From Auanema rhodensis (lineage: Eukaryota > Animalia > Nematoda): DNA of 64,000 nucleotides. The notes under the pieces are model-generated. The model saw only the letters and a program-made list of their open reading frames with translations. It searched no databases and was not told the DNA's origin. Below are positions 41,455 to 55,275 of the stretch, in pieces. Where the stretch lies: NCBI GenBank assembly GCA_964057225.1, contig OZ059896.1, positions 9,486,001 through 9,550,000 of the forward strand, given 5' to 3'. Made by a program: the position numbers and the translations under genes. Position 1 is the first letter of the stretch. Each line of letters begins with the position of its first letter.

Positions 41455-44400
41455 ATTGAGAACAACTGAGAAAGATGGGATAAACTCAATTCTCATTAAA
41501 AGCTTCTGTCCAAGTGTATTGACCTCCAATTAACAAAAATTTGTAATGAGTTTAATGCATAAATCATTGTTGTCAAAAGAAAAATGATTGAAAATTCAAC
41601 TTAAGTATATAGAAGACAAAACGAAGCAGTTTCCTATTATAGACAATGGTTTAATGTAGTGGCTCTGCTTTTCTTTTTCGGATTTTTGGTATGTCAGATA
41701 ATCGGAACCGTTTTTATCTATTTGGCTCATAAAAGAAGTAATCGTCGATATTGTTATCCAAGGTATTTATATATAATATATTTGATTATACTATACTAAT
41801 TATATGCTTTTTTTTCTAGATTAACTCTTTTACTGGGTATATCGATTATAACTTCAATAGCATGTGGTATTGTGCTCATTTATTTTTGTGGAGCTCAAAA
41901 GAAAATGAATGAATTCTTCTTAAAGATATATGAGGTTTTTAATTTGAAATTATATAAATGTCCTAATTTTACTCATTTAAGTGGTTTTTGGGCGAGATCG
42001 ATTCACATGAACGATCTGAGGTACTGGGAGAATTGAAAATATATGCTTATGCTTTCCTCATTCTAACATTCATGTTTTTCCTTTACAGGTATTGATTAAT
42101 TTGTTATTTTAATGAACACAAAACACACAAAAGATTGTTTTAGTCTGTTCGAGCTGCTATTGACACGCAAATTCTATCAGTCACTACGTGCATTTGAGCC
42201 CGTACCTCAACATGACCATTCATCAGCTCCTTCTCAACCAGCATATAATCCAGAGTATGCCTGATCTAACAAGCTTATATTGAATATATATCTATTACAT
42301 GAATATAATACATTCCATGAAATATTATAACATTGATTATACTTTACTATACGCTTATATAGTAAAATTTTTGAAGAACAATGCATACCATCTTCTACAT
42401 ATATATATATTGCTTTCGTATGAAGAAGATCTGTTTTTTTTCCAATCCACAGTGCTTTCTATTATATTTTTTTGATTATATTTTCTATTTTGCAAATTAA
42501 TTCATAAATATAATTTCTTATGTTGCTCAGTTAAGCAAACATTTTGTAAGCATTTTGTTAGTTAATATAGTAAATAGTTATAGAAATAAACTAACCTATA
42601 TTCTTTTCACAAGTTATTCCTTCCCATCCAGGTAAACATTGACATTTGAATCGTCCTAATTTGCTAGGAATACAATTTGCTCCATTCTTGCAAGGATTTG
42701 CTGATGAACAGATATCTTGAATTTCTTGACAATGTGGTCCAGAAAATCCCGTTCTAAATGATAGAATAATACTCTTGCTTTGATTAAAATATTCAAATAA
42801 ACTATACCTGCAAAGGCATTTTGTTGATTTTAATCCCGGCAAATCTTCGCACACTCCTCCATTTGGACAAGTTTTTCCTGCACATTCATCAGGACCAAAC
42901 TGGCAGCGTGTACCAGAGTAATCTGCAGATGATCATTGTGAAATAATTAAAACATTAGAAAATCATACTTCTTGGACAAACACATCTATATGAGCCCGAA
43001 AATACTTCACAATATCCGCCATTATGGCATGGTTGAGTAACACAGATGTCGTCTTGAAGTTCACAACGTTCGCCCTTGAAGCCAGGTCTGCATTCACAGA
43101 TAGCTCGATGATTACGAATAGTACATTCAGCCTGTTAAACATAAAATGAATAATAATTGTGACGACCAAATACTACCTTGTTTTCACATTTCAAATCAGA
43201 ACATTTGACTTCTAAACATGCTGCTTCCGATGTAGATGCATCAGTTAATGTGGCTGTAGTATTGATGCATTGGAGACATCTTCAAATAATTTATCAATAT
43301 GCATACTTTATAGATTATATAAATCAAACCTTTGTTGACCAATTACTGGTTGATAATAGTTATGAGGACATGGAGAACATGGTTCTAGACCAGTAACACT
43401 GAATGTTCCAGGAGCACAAGGTTGCTTGCATTGAGATGGACCAGAAGATCCAAGCTTGCTAGTGTAAGTACCGGAAGGACAAGCAACACATTGCTTGAAT
43501 CCACCTGAAAAAAGAAGTTAATATTGATATTTCTTTTAAGAAAATACCTGTAATTGGTGGTCCTGAGAATGTATGACGAGGACACAGTTGACATGGAATT
43601 AATCCAGTTTCACTGTACATTCCATTTCCACAAATAGCTTAAAATTTATAAATAATGTATAATATTGAATGAATTGCACTTAATGGAATTAAAAAAAAAA
43701 GAAAAGAAAGTAATAATTACCTAAACAATCTTCCTTTCTAAATGTAGCTGAGTATTGAGTGTAAGTGCCATCTGGACAAGCTTTGCAAGCAAGTTGACCT
43801 TTCTCATTCTGATACGATCCCAATGGACATGGAACACAACTATTATTAAGATTAACAGTTCCAACAGGACATGGAACTGAAAATATGCTTTGTATACAGT
43901 GAGAGGTGGAATATGCTTACGGCATTCTGGAAGTTGATCTGGTTTAGGTTGACGTAATACTTCTCCTTCGTTACATCCAAATCCTTGAGAAATAGATGAT
44001 CTATAATATGTTAAACTGTTAACAATTCTGTTAATCAGTAGCGTACTTAGAAGCTATCAAGCTTGGACAACCAACACCTTGAGATGGTATAGATTCTCCT
44101 GATAATGTTAACAATCCTTTTACTGGAGTTGTAGCACCAGGAATGTTAAGATCAAATATTGTCCTTAGAGTTAATCCACAGAGATCGTAGAAGACATTTT
44201 GAAGTACTGTTGGAAGAATTTGAATAGTATAGTTACCAACAACCTGAAAGTTTTCCAAATATCATATATATATGAAATGGAAAATGATAATTACCATTCC
44301 AGGTTGATTAGAAAAGGACGATTGGAGGAATCGAACATAAACTTCAACTGAGCTTGAGCAACGTTGTGATAGGACTGTATCCAGTGTTTCATAAGATCTT

Positions 44401-47400
44401 GAGATGAGAGAAGAGAATCCTTGTAAGCAATGATCTGATACTTCAGTTGCAGTAGGATAAGTAATTGCCACATTTAGCTCATATCGAGCTGGTTCTTCGG
44501 CTAAAATCATAATTTTGATTAATTTAAAAAATAATTTTGTTATATATACCATTAGGAATACATGATGGTGCAACTCCACTAGGAGACCATTTTCCACCAG
44601 TACATACGAAATTGGAATTTGACTATAAAGATGAATATACGTATATGAATATGTGATGAAACATCTGTACTCACATTTTCGGAATCTACAAAGCGATATC
44701 CAGGAGGACATGATACATTACATACGAGGCTATCATCCTTTTGAGCACAAGTTCTAACAACGTCAGGTGAAACAACTAATGAACTGGTTGAACATGTCTC
44801 ATCTAAAAAATGTTCAGTATCCAAGGGAACAACTTAATAGTTTTTCAGCAAATTTATATAAATTGCAAAGCTTTTGTTTCAAAACTTACGCATATAAGCA
44901 ACTTGGAAGCGACATTTGTTACGATTAGAGTATGCATCAATAGCTGTTACTTGGACATCAACAAATTCTCCAACACGCAAAACAGCAGTTGACGGAGAGA
45001 ATGTTACTTCAGTGATATTAGACACATCCTGAATCACCATCGATACTGTTGACTGATCAAAAACTAATGAAATTTCTGGATCATGTGCAGCTATCGAATA
45101 TGAATCGGGACACTTCAGTACTGGTGGTATGGTATCTGAATTGAATCATTAAAAGCTTTAAAAACCCGAAAACAAACCTGGAATACGCAGCTTAATGGCA
45201 CATTCAGCTAAATTTCCAGCATCATCAAAAGCTGTGTATAGCACATCTGTATCAACGGATATTGGCATTCCCGGACGGAAATCTATAGGATCCATGCGCA
45301 TGTAGGCGATCTATAGGTAAATATAAAACTTTAACTATAATAGAATACTATAACTTACTCGTCCACTATTATCTTCTGCACGAGGTATTTCATATTGAAC
45401 AGGTTTCAATTGTCCATTCTCGTCCGTTTCCACAAAGATAGGAGCTGATGGACAATTAACAAACTTTGGTGGATCGGAATCAACACATTGTGGCACAGAA
45501 GCATTCCATCCAACTTGAAGATGCGTAGGAATCTCCTGGTTTGTTGAAGTAGGAGCCAAACATCCTTGTAAATCAAATCGAATACATGGATTACCTTCAT
45601 ATTCTGCAACTCCAAAAAGAACATATCGAGCTCTGAAATGTGATACTTTTAGTGAAATATCAAAAATTGGTTAATAACCTTAGAGGAGGATCAAGTTCAA
45701 ATTGATGCATAGCATTGTGATTACCAGAAGGTGTTTCAAACTCCTAGAAAAGTAAATAGATAAATCTTGATATAACTAAAATAATGATAAACTTACAACT
45801 GGATATGTATCATAACTTTGATTGAACAAAGATTTATAAAAAAGTTGCATTTTGGTAACATGACCCTTCAGTTTTCCTGAACCAGCGATACCAGCAATTC
45901 GAAGTGTCGTCAATGTATGAATCCTAAAATACGTAAACCAACATAAAATTTTGGAATGCTGAATATCTTACTTCATCAAATCAACACTTAAGAATATGAA
46001 CGCATCCTTCGTACCACACCAACCAGTTGATGACATGCGTGATTTGAATGGTTCATATCCCGGAATACTAACGTCAGCATTATCAGCAAACGCTGCATCG
46101 GGAATGAATCCAGACGAAATACCAACATCTTCTGATAACGGACAAGCTGATCCCAGTACGCATTGAATTGATGGTGATGGGAAAGGAACAAAGCCAGGAC
46201 GTCGACAGCTGAATCTGGCAACAGATCCTTCTTCGACACTGTCGAGATGAACGGTTCCATCGGCTGGGAATCCGGGATCAACACATACAGGACCTAAGTA
46301 TTCGATTGTAAAATTGTAACAAGTAATAATAAGTTTACCTTCACATCGAAGGTCTCCAAGATCCCAGGCTCCATCAGTGCCACAGCGAACTATTGGATCA
46401 CCTTCCGAGGAAGAACCAACCATTGTGTATGGTGCTCGACAAGAAAATTCAAGTACTGATCCGACCTGAGTTAAATAAACATAAATAAATATTTTTGATA
46501 AGCTCTTTACCTGTCTGCTTGTTGTATCACCTAAGTATTCAACTCCTGCCATGCTAGGTAGTTGAGGACAAGTAACAAGAGGACAATCCATAGGCGGTCC
46601 AGATAACCAATAATCACGTCCATCATCTTTAGGATCATACATACATTCGCGTGTAGTAGCTAAAGGTGTTTTTCTTGCTGAAAAAATGAATTTATTTTTC
46701 ATTATAACAGTATATTAACCAGGACGATCACGTTGTGTACAAGACATGTGAATAGCTTGTCCATATGCAATAGTTGTATTAGCTGTAGATATAACAAGAC
46801 CTATGTCAGTGTTATTCTCAACTCCTTGGCATGTAGCAGCTTAAATTATTTTTTATAAAGATTTATATTGAAATAAGAAAACATACGTAAGCAGAATGGA
46901 ATTGTACCATTCCATGTACCATCAGCAAGACATTGAATGTAATCTGGACCCATCATTTGATATCCAAAATCACACAAAAACTGTACAACTGTTGGGAAAC
47001 GGAAGCTTTTCAATGTAGATAAGAGTAAACCATTTTCGGGTGATTCAACTAATGGACATGTTCGAGCAATACAAGACTTGTTGAATCTGAATTTTAAAAA
47101 TTTCAATATATTATTTGAAATATTAGTATGTTCACTTCAAAGAATCCAATGGATCAGTACCAGTTTCATCTTCATCAAGCCAGAATCCACTTTGTCCATT
47201 ATGAGCAAAAAGATCATATCCATCACGGCATGAACACTAAAAAACAAAAACATATTATAATTAATAGAATTAATATAATTACTTTATATGATCCTTGATT
47301 ATTAATACAAATATGTTCACAATCTCCATTATTTTTCATACATTCATTAATATCGACACAACTATATTTTTGGCATCCATAAACATCAGCCTATAAGATT

Positions 47401-50400
47401 TATATTTTAGAAATGTATTTATAATATTAAAAACTTACAACAAAACATGGCTCATCCTTATATTTTACTATGGAAATCTCTAATACTCGTGCTTCCACTG
47501 AGTATGGAAGAATAACGAAATCACCGTCAAAGAATGTTGTATCTTGTAAATCGAAAACCTTCAAATGAAATAGCATAAATTACTTTTTTTATAATTTATA
47601 TTTTTACATCATTTCCATCTACAGCTAATTGTTGTAATGGTTGACCTTCTTCATTATTATATCTTATGCGAACAGATAATGTTTGACCGGCAACAGTTCC
47701 ATTGAATCTTAATTTCAAATTTGATTGAATGGATGAATTTCTATATTTACCTGATTTTCTCAATTACTTTAGCTACATTGAAGTGTAACGTTATAGCTTT
47801 CAATGGATCTAATGGAGACGAACACCATCCTCGAGATGATTTAGGTGAAATCATATCAGATGATGATGTCACATCAATGGGAACAAGAGCTTGAGCTTTC
47901 GAACACACTAGAAAGTCAAAATATTAGATTGAAAAATTTGAAATGAAAATTCATACTAAGCTGTGATTGATATCCATTTAAGCATTGACAAGTATATCCT
48001 CCCGGAAGATTGATACAGGTTGTTGAAGGTCCTTGACATTGAGCCAAGCCTTCAGAGCATTCATCGATATCAACACAAGCCGATACAGCACTAACAGTTT
48101 GGTTGGCCAAACATTTAACTTCATCAGTTCCATGTACACGAAAGCCTTCATTACATACAACTTTAGCTACATCTCCAAAGCGGAAAGTGTCTGGAGCATC
48201 CAATCGACCATTAGCAACGCTAGGAAGATTGTAGCAAGACAATTCTAAATAAGAATATATATTAAATTATTGATAAAACTTTCATACTTTTACAACTTGG
48301 TTGATCAAACGACCATTGTCCGTCTGACTGGCATAGTATAGTAGCAATGCCTTCAATTCTATAACCACTTGCACATGTGAATTGATAAACTGTTCCTATA
48401 GTTTACATATATTATTTTAATTTTTATATATTGTATATATTGTACCGTATCCAGTTCCATCACCGAATTGTAATGTTCGTTCTCCATTTGAAAATGGCTC
48501 TAATGCTGCACATGTAGCTGCACGACAACGAGGAGCTTCAGTCCACATTCCACTAGCCGTGCAGATTACTTCTTCAACAGTATTACCAGAAGCGAACGAA
48601 AAACCTTCATGGCATGAATAATTAACTTTTCCACCATATGAAACATTTGATGCTGATATAGCATATCCATTTGCAATTTGAGGAATAGCTGAGCAGTAAA
48701 CAGCTGAAAACATAATCTGTTTTTAAGCTTTTAAGTTGAAACCCATACGCTGACAGGTTGGAATATTAGTTTCTGTCCAATTTCCACCAGCAAGGCAAGA
48801 AGTTTCCATGAATGTTCCTCGACCATTTACAAATTCGTGTCCTTCTGGACATTGTACAACAACCTGGAAATAAGTATGAAAGTTTAACTTCTAGAATCAT
48901 AATGATACTTTTGTTCCAAATGCTGTATTCTTTGTTGAAAGGGTAACATGAGGAGGTGTCTGTATAGTTGGGCAGTCTAAGATATTCTATTAGTATTCAA
49001 ACATATATTTAGGGATATTTATACTTGAGCTGAATGTAATATTGAAACCATATCCATTTCTAACAGAGTTACTATCAAAAACAAGTTGAGCTTTTGATTG
49101 TCTACAAACAAGAAGTTCATCAGGTTTTTGTTCACTACTGAATCCTGATCCATCATGTAATGGACGTCCTTTTACAGTACCTTCATAAATCTAGAGAAAA
49201 TAATTTATATTAAATATAAATTTATATATATTATTATATAAAAACTTACTTTTAAATAATCTAATGTTCCTAAATCAAAACTATTTACTTGCATAGTAAA
49301 TGATTGATCAGTATTAGTATCAGGCATTTCAATAGTATACGTACACTATAATTGAAAATATGTTAAGTTTTCCTTAAAAAAACAAGATTAACCTTTACAG
49401 AATTAGGATATGGAACAACTGTTGAACCAGGAGATAATACATCACCATGTGATTGACGTAATACAACATCACATCCTTAACAAAATATATTTTTATAAAA
49501 TTTATAATTAATTTAAATGTAAGTAAAACCTTTTTTATATCCAATTGAAAAACCACGCCCATTTCCAATTTGATTTGTTGATAAATAAATATATAAATTA
49601 CTAGTTGTACTAATTACATATTCAGTATATGATATATTTCCTTTTATACTGAAAAGATATATTTAATTATTTTAGTTTTTTATTAAAAATTTAATAGATG
49701 AATAACTTACACTGATATAATAGGTGCTGCTGGTGATTCACCATCATGTATTACCAACTTGTCACTATCAGCTAGATCAACATCCTCTATCTGTCATTAT
49801 TGTTTTCATTGATTTACATCCTATACCCATTATCAATTTACCGTTAATGTTATGAGACTTCCAGGTGTTGACGATTGAATTGTCCAAACGCATTCAGCAG
49901 CATTGGCATATGGCTGTGGATAGCCAGGAGATGTTAATGTCTGACCATATGATTGTGCTGTTAATTCGCCACCACATTGGAATGCAACTGAAACAAAACA
50001 CAAATAAAGAACTGTTCTATTGTACTATATTCCCGATTTTCTTTAAATTCTACTCAAATTCAGTACATGTCATTCCTTGTTAAACACGAACATACTTTGC
50101 TTCAAAGTTTAGCCTGCGGCCTTTCAAAGCATATTTGTCACTTTAGAATTTTCGAGTGGTCCTAATTGAGAATGTCGACAAATTACACAGTCGGCTATTC
50201 TAGTATTCATTTAACCATAGTTATCTCTTTCGCTATATCCATTTTACTTTTTTTTGCTCTTCATATTTTAAGTCTCATTTCTTCACTTTCCATTTGCGGC
50301 TTTATGTAGACAAGCCAGACATAATTTCAAAAAATTTCGTGGCTTCGAAAAACATTTAAACGGAAAGAAACTCTTGGAAAGAAGATGAAGGCTCTGAGTA

Positions 50401-52214
50401 CTGGAGGGCAAAGAGAAGACGAGTAAGGTATATGAAGAGACAACTTGAACATATTAGTGAGGATGAGTATAGTAGATGAAGAAATTGAGGGTAATGCTTA
50501 ATGCGCGGGCGGCGATAGGGAAGTCGGAAAAGCTACAGATGTGAGAGTCCAGAAAACAAACACTTCCGTCTCTCTTGTAATATCTACTTAATTCTCTCGA
50601 CTTTATAACTACTCTCCCCCACACGATCCTTATAGATGAACAACAAATCTGCTTCGTAAATAAGCACAATCTTAACAGACTCAAGTTAAACCGTTGACGA
50701 TCAAACAGTTAATGACAGATAAAACACTATGGATTAACACCATTGCGTATAGCGGTTTAACGTAAAAGGAGAAAATAAACTTAAGCTTAGTCTCATATAA
50801 TCAATAGTTGTACTAAAGCAACTTACAGGTTTTCCAACTTGCTTGAAATCCACGAGCATGTACCGAACTATCACTACGAAATTGAACAATCATCATATTC
50901 GTTGCAGAAGACACAGTAATAGATTCATGAGATCCAGAATATAATCCAATAACTAAAAAATATTTAAGTTTGATGATTATTTTTATTTGAAATGTTATGA
51001 ATGAGGAAATATAAAGCACCTGATGTAGAGTTAGGTTGTGGACCACCATCTAATACGGTCACAATATCAACTTTCTCTTCCGTATCAAAATATTCAAATG
51101 TTAACTAAAATATTTTCTTTAAATATATAATTATAATATTATATGTTACTTGAATTCGACTATTAATAGGTCCTTCAATCATCCATCTACAGTTAGAATT
51201 TGGTTTATATGATGATGGGTATGATGGTGAACTGAATTTGCCCGATTCTCCCTTAGCATATTGAAGGCAAGCCAATTCAGTATGGGAAACTAAATTAAAA
51301 CTTTGATGAAAAAAAAGAAGAAATAGATTAATAAGCAAACCTGGACAATTTAACTCATCACTGAAATCTCCACAATTATCAACTCCATTACAATGCTCAG
51401 ACTCAGGTATACATTGTCCGGTAGCACAAAAGAAAGAACCTTAATTATATTAATATAATAAAAAGAAATTATATTCAATTACCTTTAATACAAGCCGGAA
51501 TTTCACAAATGAAACTTCTTAGAATATTACATTGATCTAATCTCCATTTTAAATTATTTTTATCTAATGATACCTGAAATATTATTTATATTTTATAATT
51601 ATTTATGTTATAATTTTAGTTAATATAGACATTGGCTACAAAAGAGAAACCTAAATATAATTCAAACGTTCAACTTACAATGGCACAGCTGCCTTTGAGG
51701 TGATCAGGTTGATTAGATTGCCAGAATCCTACATATCTGCTTGTCGGAGCACCATCAGACCATATGTATGTTGAATCTGATGCCGTTGGATCATAATCAG
51801 CTGTTAGTCCAATCCAAAATTCAGGATGATTTCCTGGTCTTCCTGGCTTTGAAACTAGATTGGCTACGAAGTCATTTTCCCGACTAGATTCTATTTTAGC
51901 CAAATGAGCACCATACCTGTATATTTTATTTACAATATTCATAAAGTTATGTTTACAGACCTTGAGCAAGTTGCAAGCGCCTGAGGCCAGCTTTTTTCAA
52001 AATGATAAGTCATATAGCATTTTAAATTTATTAATTGCCATCCTTCTGGACATATAAGTTCTATATCATTTAAGATAGCTGATGATCCATTTCCTACTGA
52101 TAATTGTTCACAAAATATATTCTATAAGATAAATAATATAAAATAAATATTGATTATGTTATAACTAACTTGAAATATTAAGGAGAGGAGAAGGATACCT
52201 CCTCTCCAAGGCAT
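33392..52214 (-). CDS. Uninflatable/clec-78-like giant type I membrane protein (CTL, LDLa, 3 CUB, sushi, FA58C-like, HYR, GCC2/GCC3 repeats, many EGF, LamG, TM); ~77 introns by hand count
   Basis: [15 protein letters not shown] signal; CPEGWQL..KCY, EFWIGL (CTL); [27 protein letters not shown] (LDLa); [16 protein letters not shown] (CUB); sushi and EGF Cys patterns; PC.PG.Y repeats; RRIKR furin-like site near 35640; TM followed by YYYEDEDEY cytoplasmic motif; TAA 33392-33394. Confidence 0.9.
39706..42264 (+). CDS. Nested four-TM membrane protein (LAPTM-like topology) inside the largest intron of the uif-like gene
   Basis: Exons 39706-39750, 40277-40359, 41643-41762, ~41820-41934, ~41982-42088, ~42143-42264 join in frame through GT-AG introns: [49 protein letters not shown]...PAYNPEYA*. 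Confidence 0.82.
41404..41452. repeat. (GA)n microsatellite, ~24 units
   Basis: Uninterrupted GA run in intron 2 of the nested gene. Confidence 0.95.
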
Positions 52215-55200
52215 CTTGAATGCCGTTTATAAATATAAATATCTGAAATCAATAAATATAGAATAAAATTTAAAAATTATAGTTATTATAAATCTACTTG
52301 ATATTAAAAATAAGATAAATAGAGCAGGTATTTGAAAAAAAACATCAAACACATAATATGTATAGATCTCTCATCTAGGGTGATGAGAACGCATTGAGGA
52401 CAAAGAAAGCTATTACTTGATTGAAACACAGATAAACAATTCAGTAATTATAAAAAGTTTTAAATATATGCTATGAAATGAAGATTAAAACGATAGCTAT
52501 ACAGCTAATTAACTGATATTATTAAGTTTAAAAACAAATAAAAATGAATAAAGAAGAAGTAAAAGAATATTATATATATATTATGAGTTTTAAAAATTAA
52601 ATATAAAATATTTATAAAAATAATAATATACTATGAAGACATAGTATAAGAATGTGAATATATATGCCGTGTTCCAATTGTTTTACAAGAACAGTATGAT
52701 CATAGTAAAAGATAACATAAGAATGAATGTTGAGAAAAATACGATTAAATAAAAAATAATGGGACTTTTAACTTTTAACTAAACGAATATTTTAAATAAA
52801 AAATATATAAAGAGAGAGAGCAAAGAGAAAAAGAGAAAATGAAAAAGGAGGGAAAAGAGAAAAAAAGAGAGTTAAAGAGAGAGAAAGGGAGTGTATATTT
52901 CTGAGTAAAATGATAAAATGATTTTAGATGAAAGAATAGTATATGGACACAATAGATAGGTACCCAGCACTGTATGAGGTAGAGATGGAACGAGATGACG
53001 CTCAATGTCGTTGAAGCAAATAGACTTGAATAAGTTGTGAGTAAACTCATCAAATCTTTAAATAACTTGATTAATTTGATAAAGAAAAATAATTTTAATT
53101 ATGCATATATAGTAAAGAATATTGAGAATACCATATATGACAATATTTAGAAATTTTATGTAACTATCAGAAGAATTTTTTAAATATAATTTGTTTTAAT
53201 TGAATATACAATTGAATATATAGATATATAAACAGAATATATGTAATATAAGTTGATAACGTATAAAAAAATAAGACAGATGATTGATTTGTGGAGAAAT
53301 AGCTACTAGATTCGCTGAGATAGTAGAGCAAAATAGAGCAAATTATTGGAAAGCAAACAAATAGTCTAACTAGTGACTGTCTGACCCGTAGCATCTGACC
53401 ATTGAAGAATATTTGTTGACTTTCTGCCAGAAGCTATTGTCAGCTTGATCAACATTAAGGAGTATAAAATTAATTATTATTAATATAATGCATTTTGAAG
53501 GCATAACATATGAGAAACTATATGTTAAAACAAGTTATTAAAAATTAAAAACTTGTAAAACTTGACGTTCTATAATAGATCTGTGCTGACCGGTATATTT
53601 GAGGTTCCCATAATGTCTTTTGAGCACAAACATGATTTACAAACTGCACTACATGTAAACAACAATGAAAAAAAAAGTTGAGTTGAGTGACGAACGTTTC
53701 GGCTGTAAGAAATCATCGTACAGCAACACCGGGGTCAAGGCGGACAAATTGAGTCGTTGTGGTTATGAGTGATATGATGAGTACGGGATTGACCTTATCA
53801 GTACCATCTAAGAAGATATGAAAATGGAATACCCATACCCTAATCACAGTATAGCCAACCATTTTCCTTTAACTGTACTATATTCGTATCCTCCCGTATG
53901 TTCTCATCTTCTTCCACCATCTTATCTCATCTAATCTCTTTCTTTCTCTTATTCTTAACAGTATCCCTCCGACATACCTTCCTTCATATTGACCAGAAAA
54001 TGATAGATCTACAACTTCATTTCATTCATTATTATATCACAATAATCTTTTTATGAGCTGCGAAAATAATAAAATACAATATAAGTAACATTATTATAGT
54101 TAAAAATAAAATTTTTGAATAAAAACAACGTAACGAACTATAGTTATTTTTAGTTTATACCATAAAGGAAGGAAAGGTGATTTGGCGGCAGTTTGTTCAA
54201 AAATGTTTTTTTGTTTGCAACTTTTCTTTGTAATCTCTTGTAGAGGTGTTCGAATCTGACAAATAGTTTGAATAAAGATATAAATGTATACTATAACTAT
54301 ATTCATTTAATTATAAAATAAAGTTATTGTATAAAATTAAATATTATAATTGAATAACATTATCAAGGTCATCTTTTCAGATATCGAAACATCTGATTAT
54401 TTAATTAAATGTAACATTGCCATTAATTGAGGACACAATATATCACATTTTCATGAACTTACTTATATTATTATAATTGTTTTTCTTTGAAATTTAAAAA
54501 TGTACGTGTAGAATTATAAAGAAAAATTTGAGTATGATGTTAATATTTCGTTTTCGTTTTTATTTTATTATATATTTATTCATGTATTCTTATTATTTCT
54601 TTTATATAGATGAATATTATATTGAACAGCTTCATATAGAATCTTACAATCTAAAACATTACCTTTTGCTAGTTTGAGATCCGCTAGATTGAACGAATGA
54701 TGTTGATGAGAGAGAGAGTGAGTGAGAGAGAGAAAAACAAATAATAATTTGACCGAGATCGGACTAAACAAAGACATCACTAGAGAAGAAAGTAGTAAGA
54801 AGAGCAGTTCAGATAGCACCACTGACCAGACAAGACGATGTAAATTGAAGAATTATTTGAAAAGAAAAATACAATAAAACTTAGGGTATAATCCTGATAG
54901 AAATTATATAATATATTCAACATAAAGGTTATATATGCATCTTATTTATAATACATTTACCTACTTTTAATCTGATGCAACATGGTAGAAAAGTTTAAAA
55001 CTTAATTAAAGAAACTGAAAAATAAAACATAGACACAACAAGTTTTAAAAATCTTTTTAGTTTTAATTATTAATTATAATATAAATCAATTTTTATAGTT
55101 TATACATATATATGCATGTAAATATACACTTAAGTACAATATTCATATTGAACTGTTTCTTATTCTTCATTTCGATCTGCATATTCATGATATTTTCTCT

Positions 55201-55275
55201 TTTGAAATCTTTGAAAATTAACTTTTTTCCCCTAAAAATTCAAGAATAATACAGTTCATTTCAGAAAACTATATT

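Noticed and set aside
52975-52998. TGAGGTAGAG... let-7-family seed
   Set aside because: Seed match only; no star arm.
53383-53405. GACCCGTAGCATCTGACCATTG resembles miR-51/miR-100 family
   Set aside because: No complementary arm on either side, so no precursor hairpin.
54248-54256. GTTCGAATC tRNA B-box-like motif
   Set aside because: No acceptor, D or anticodon stems around it.
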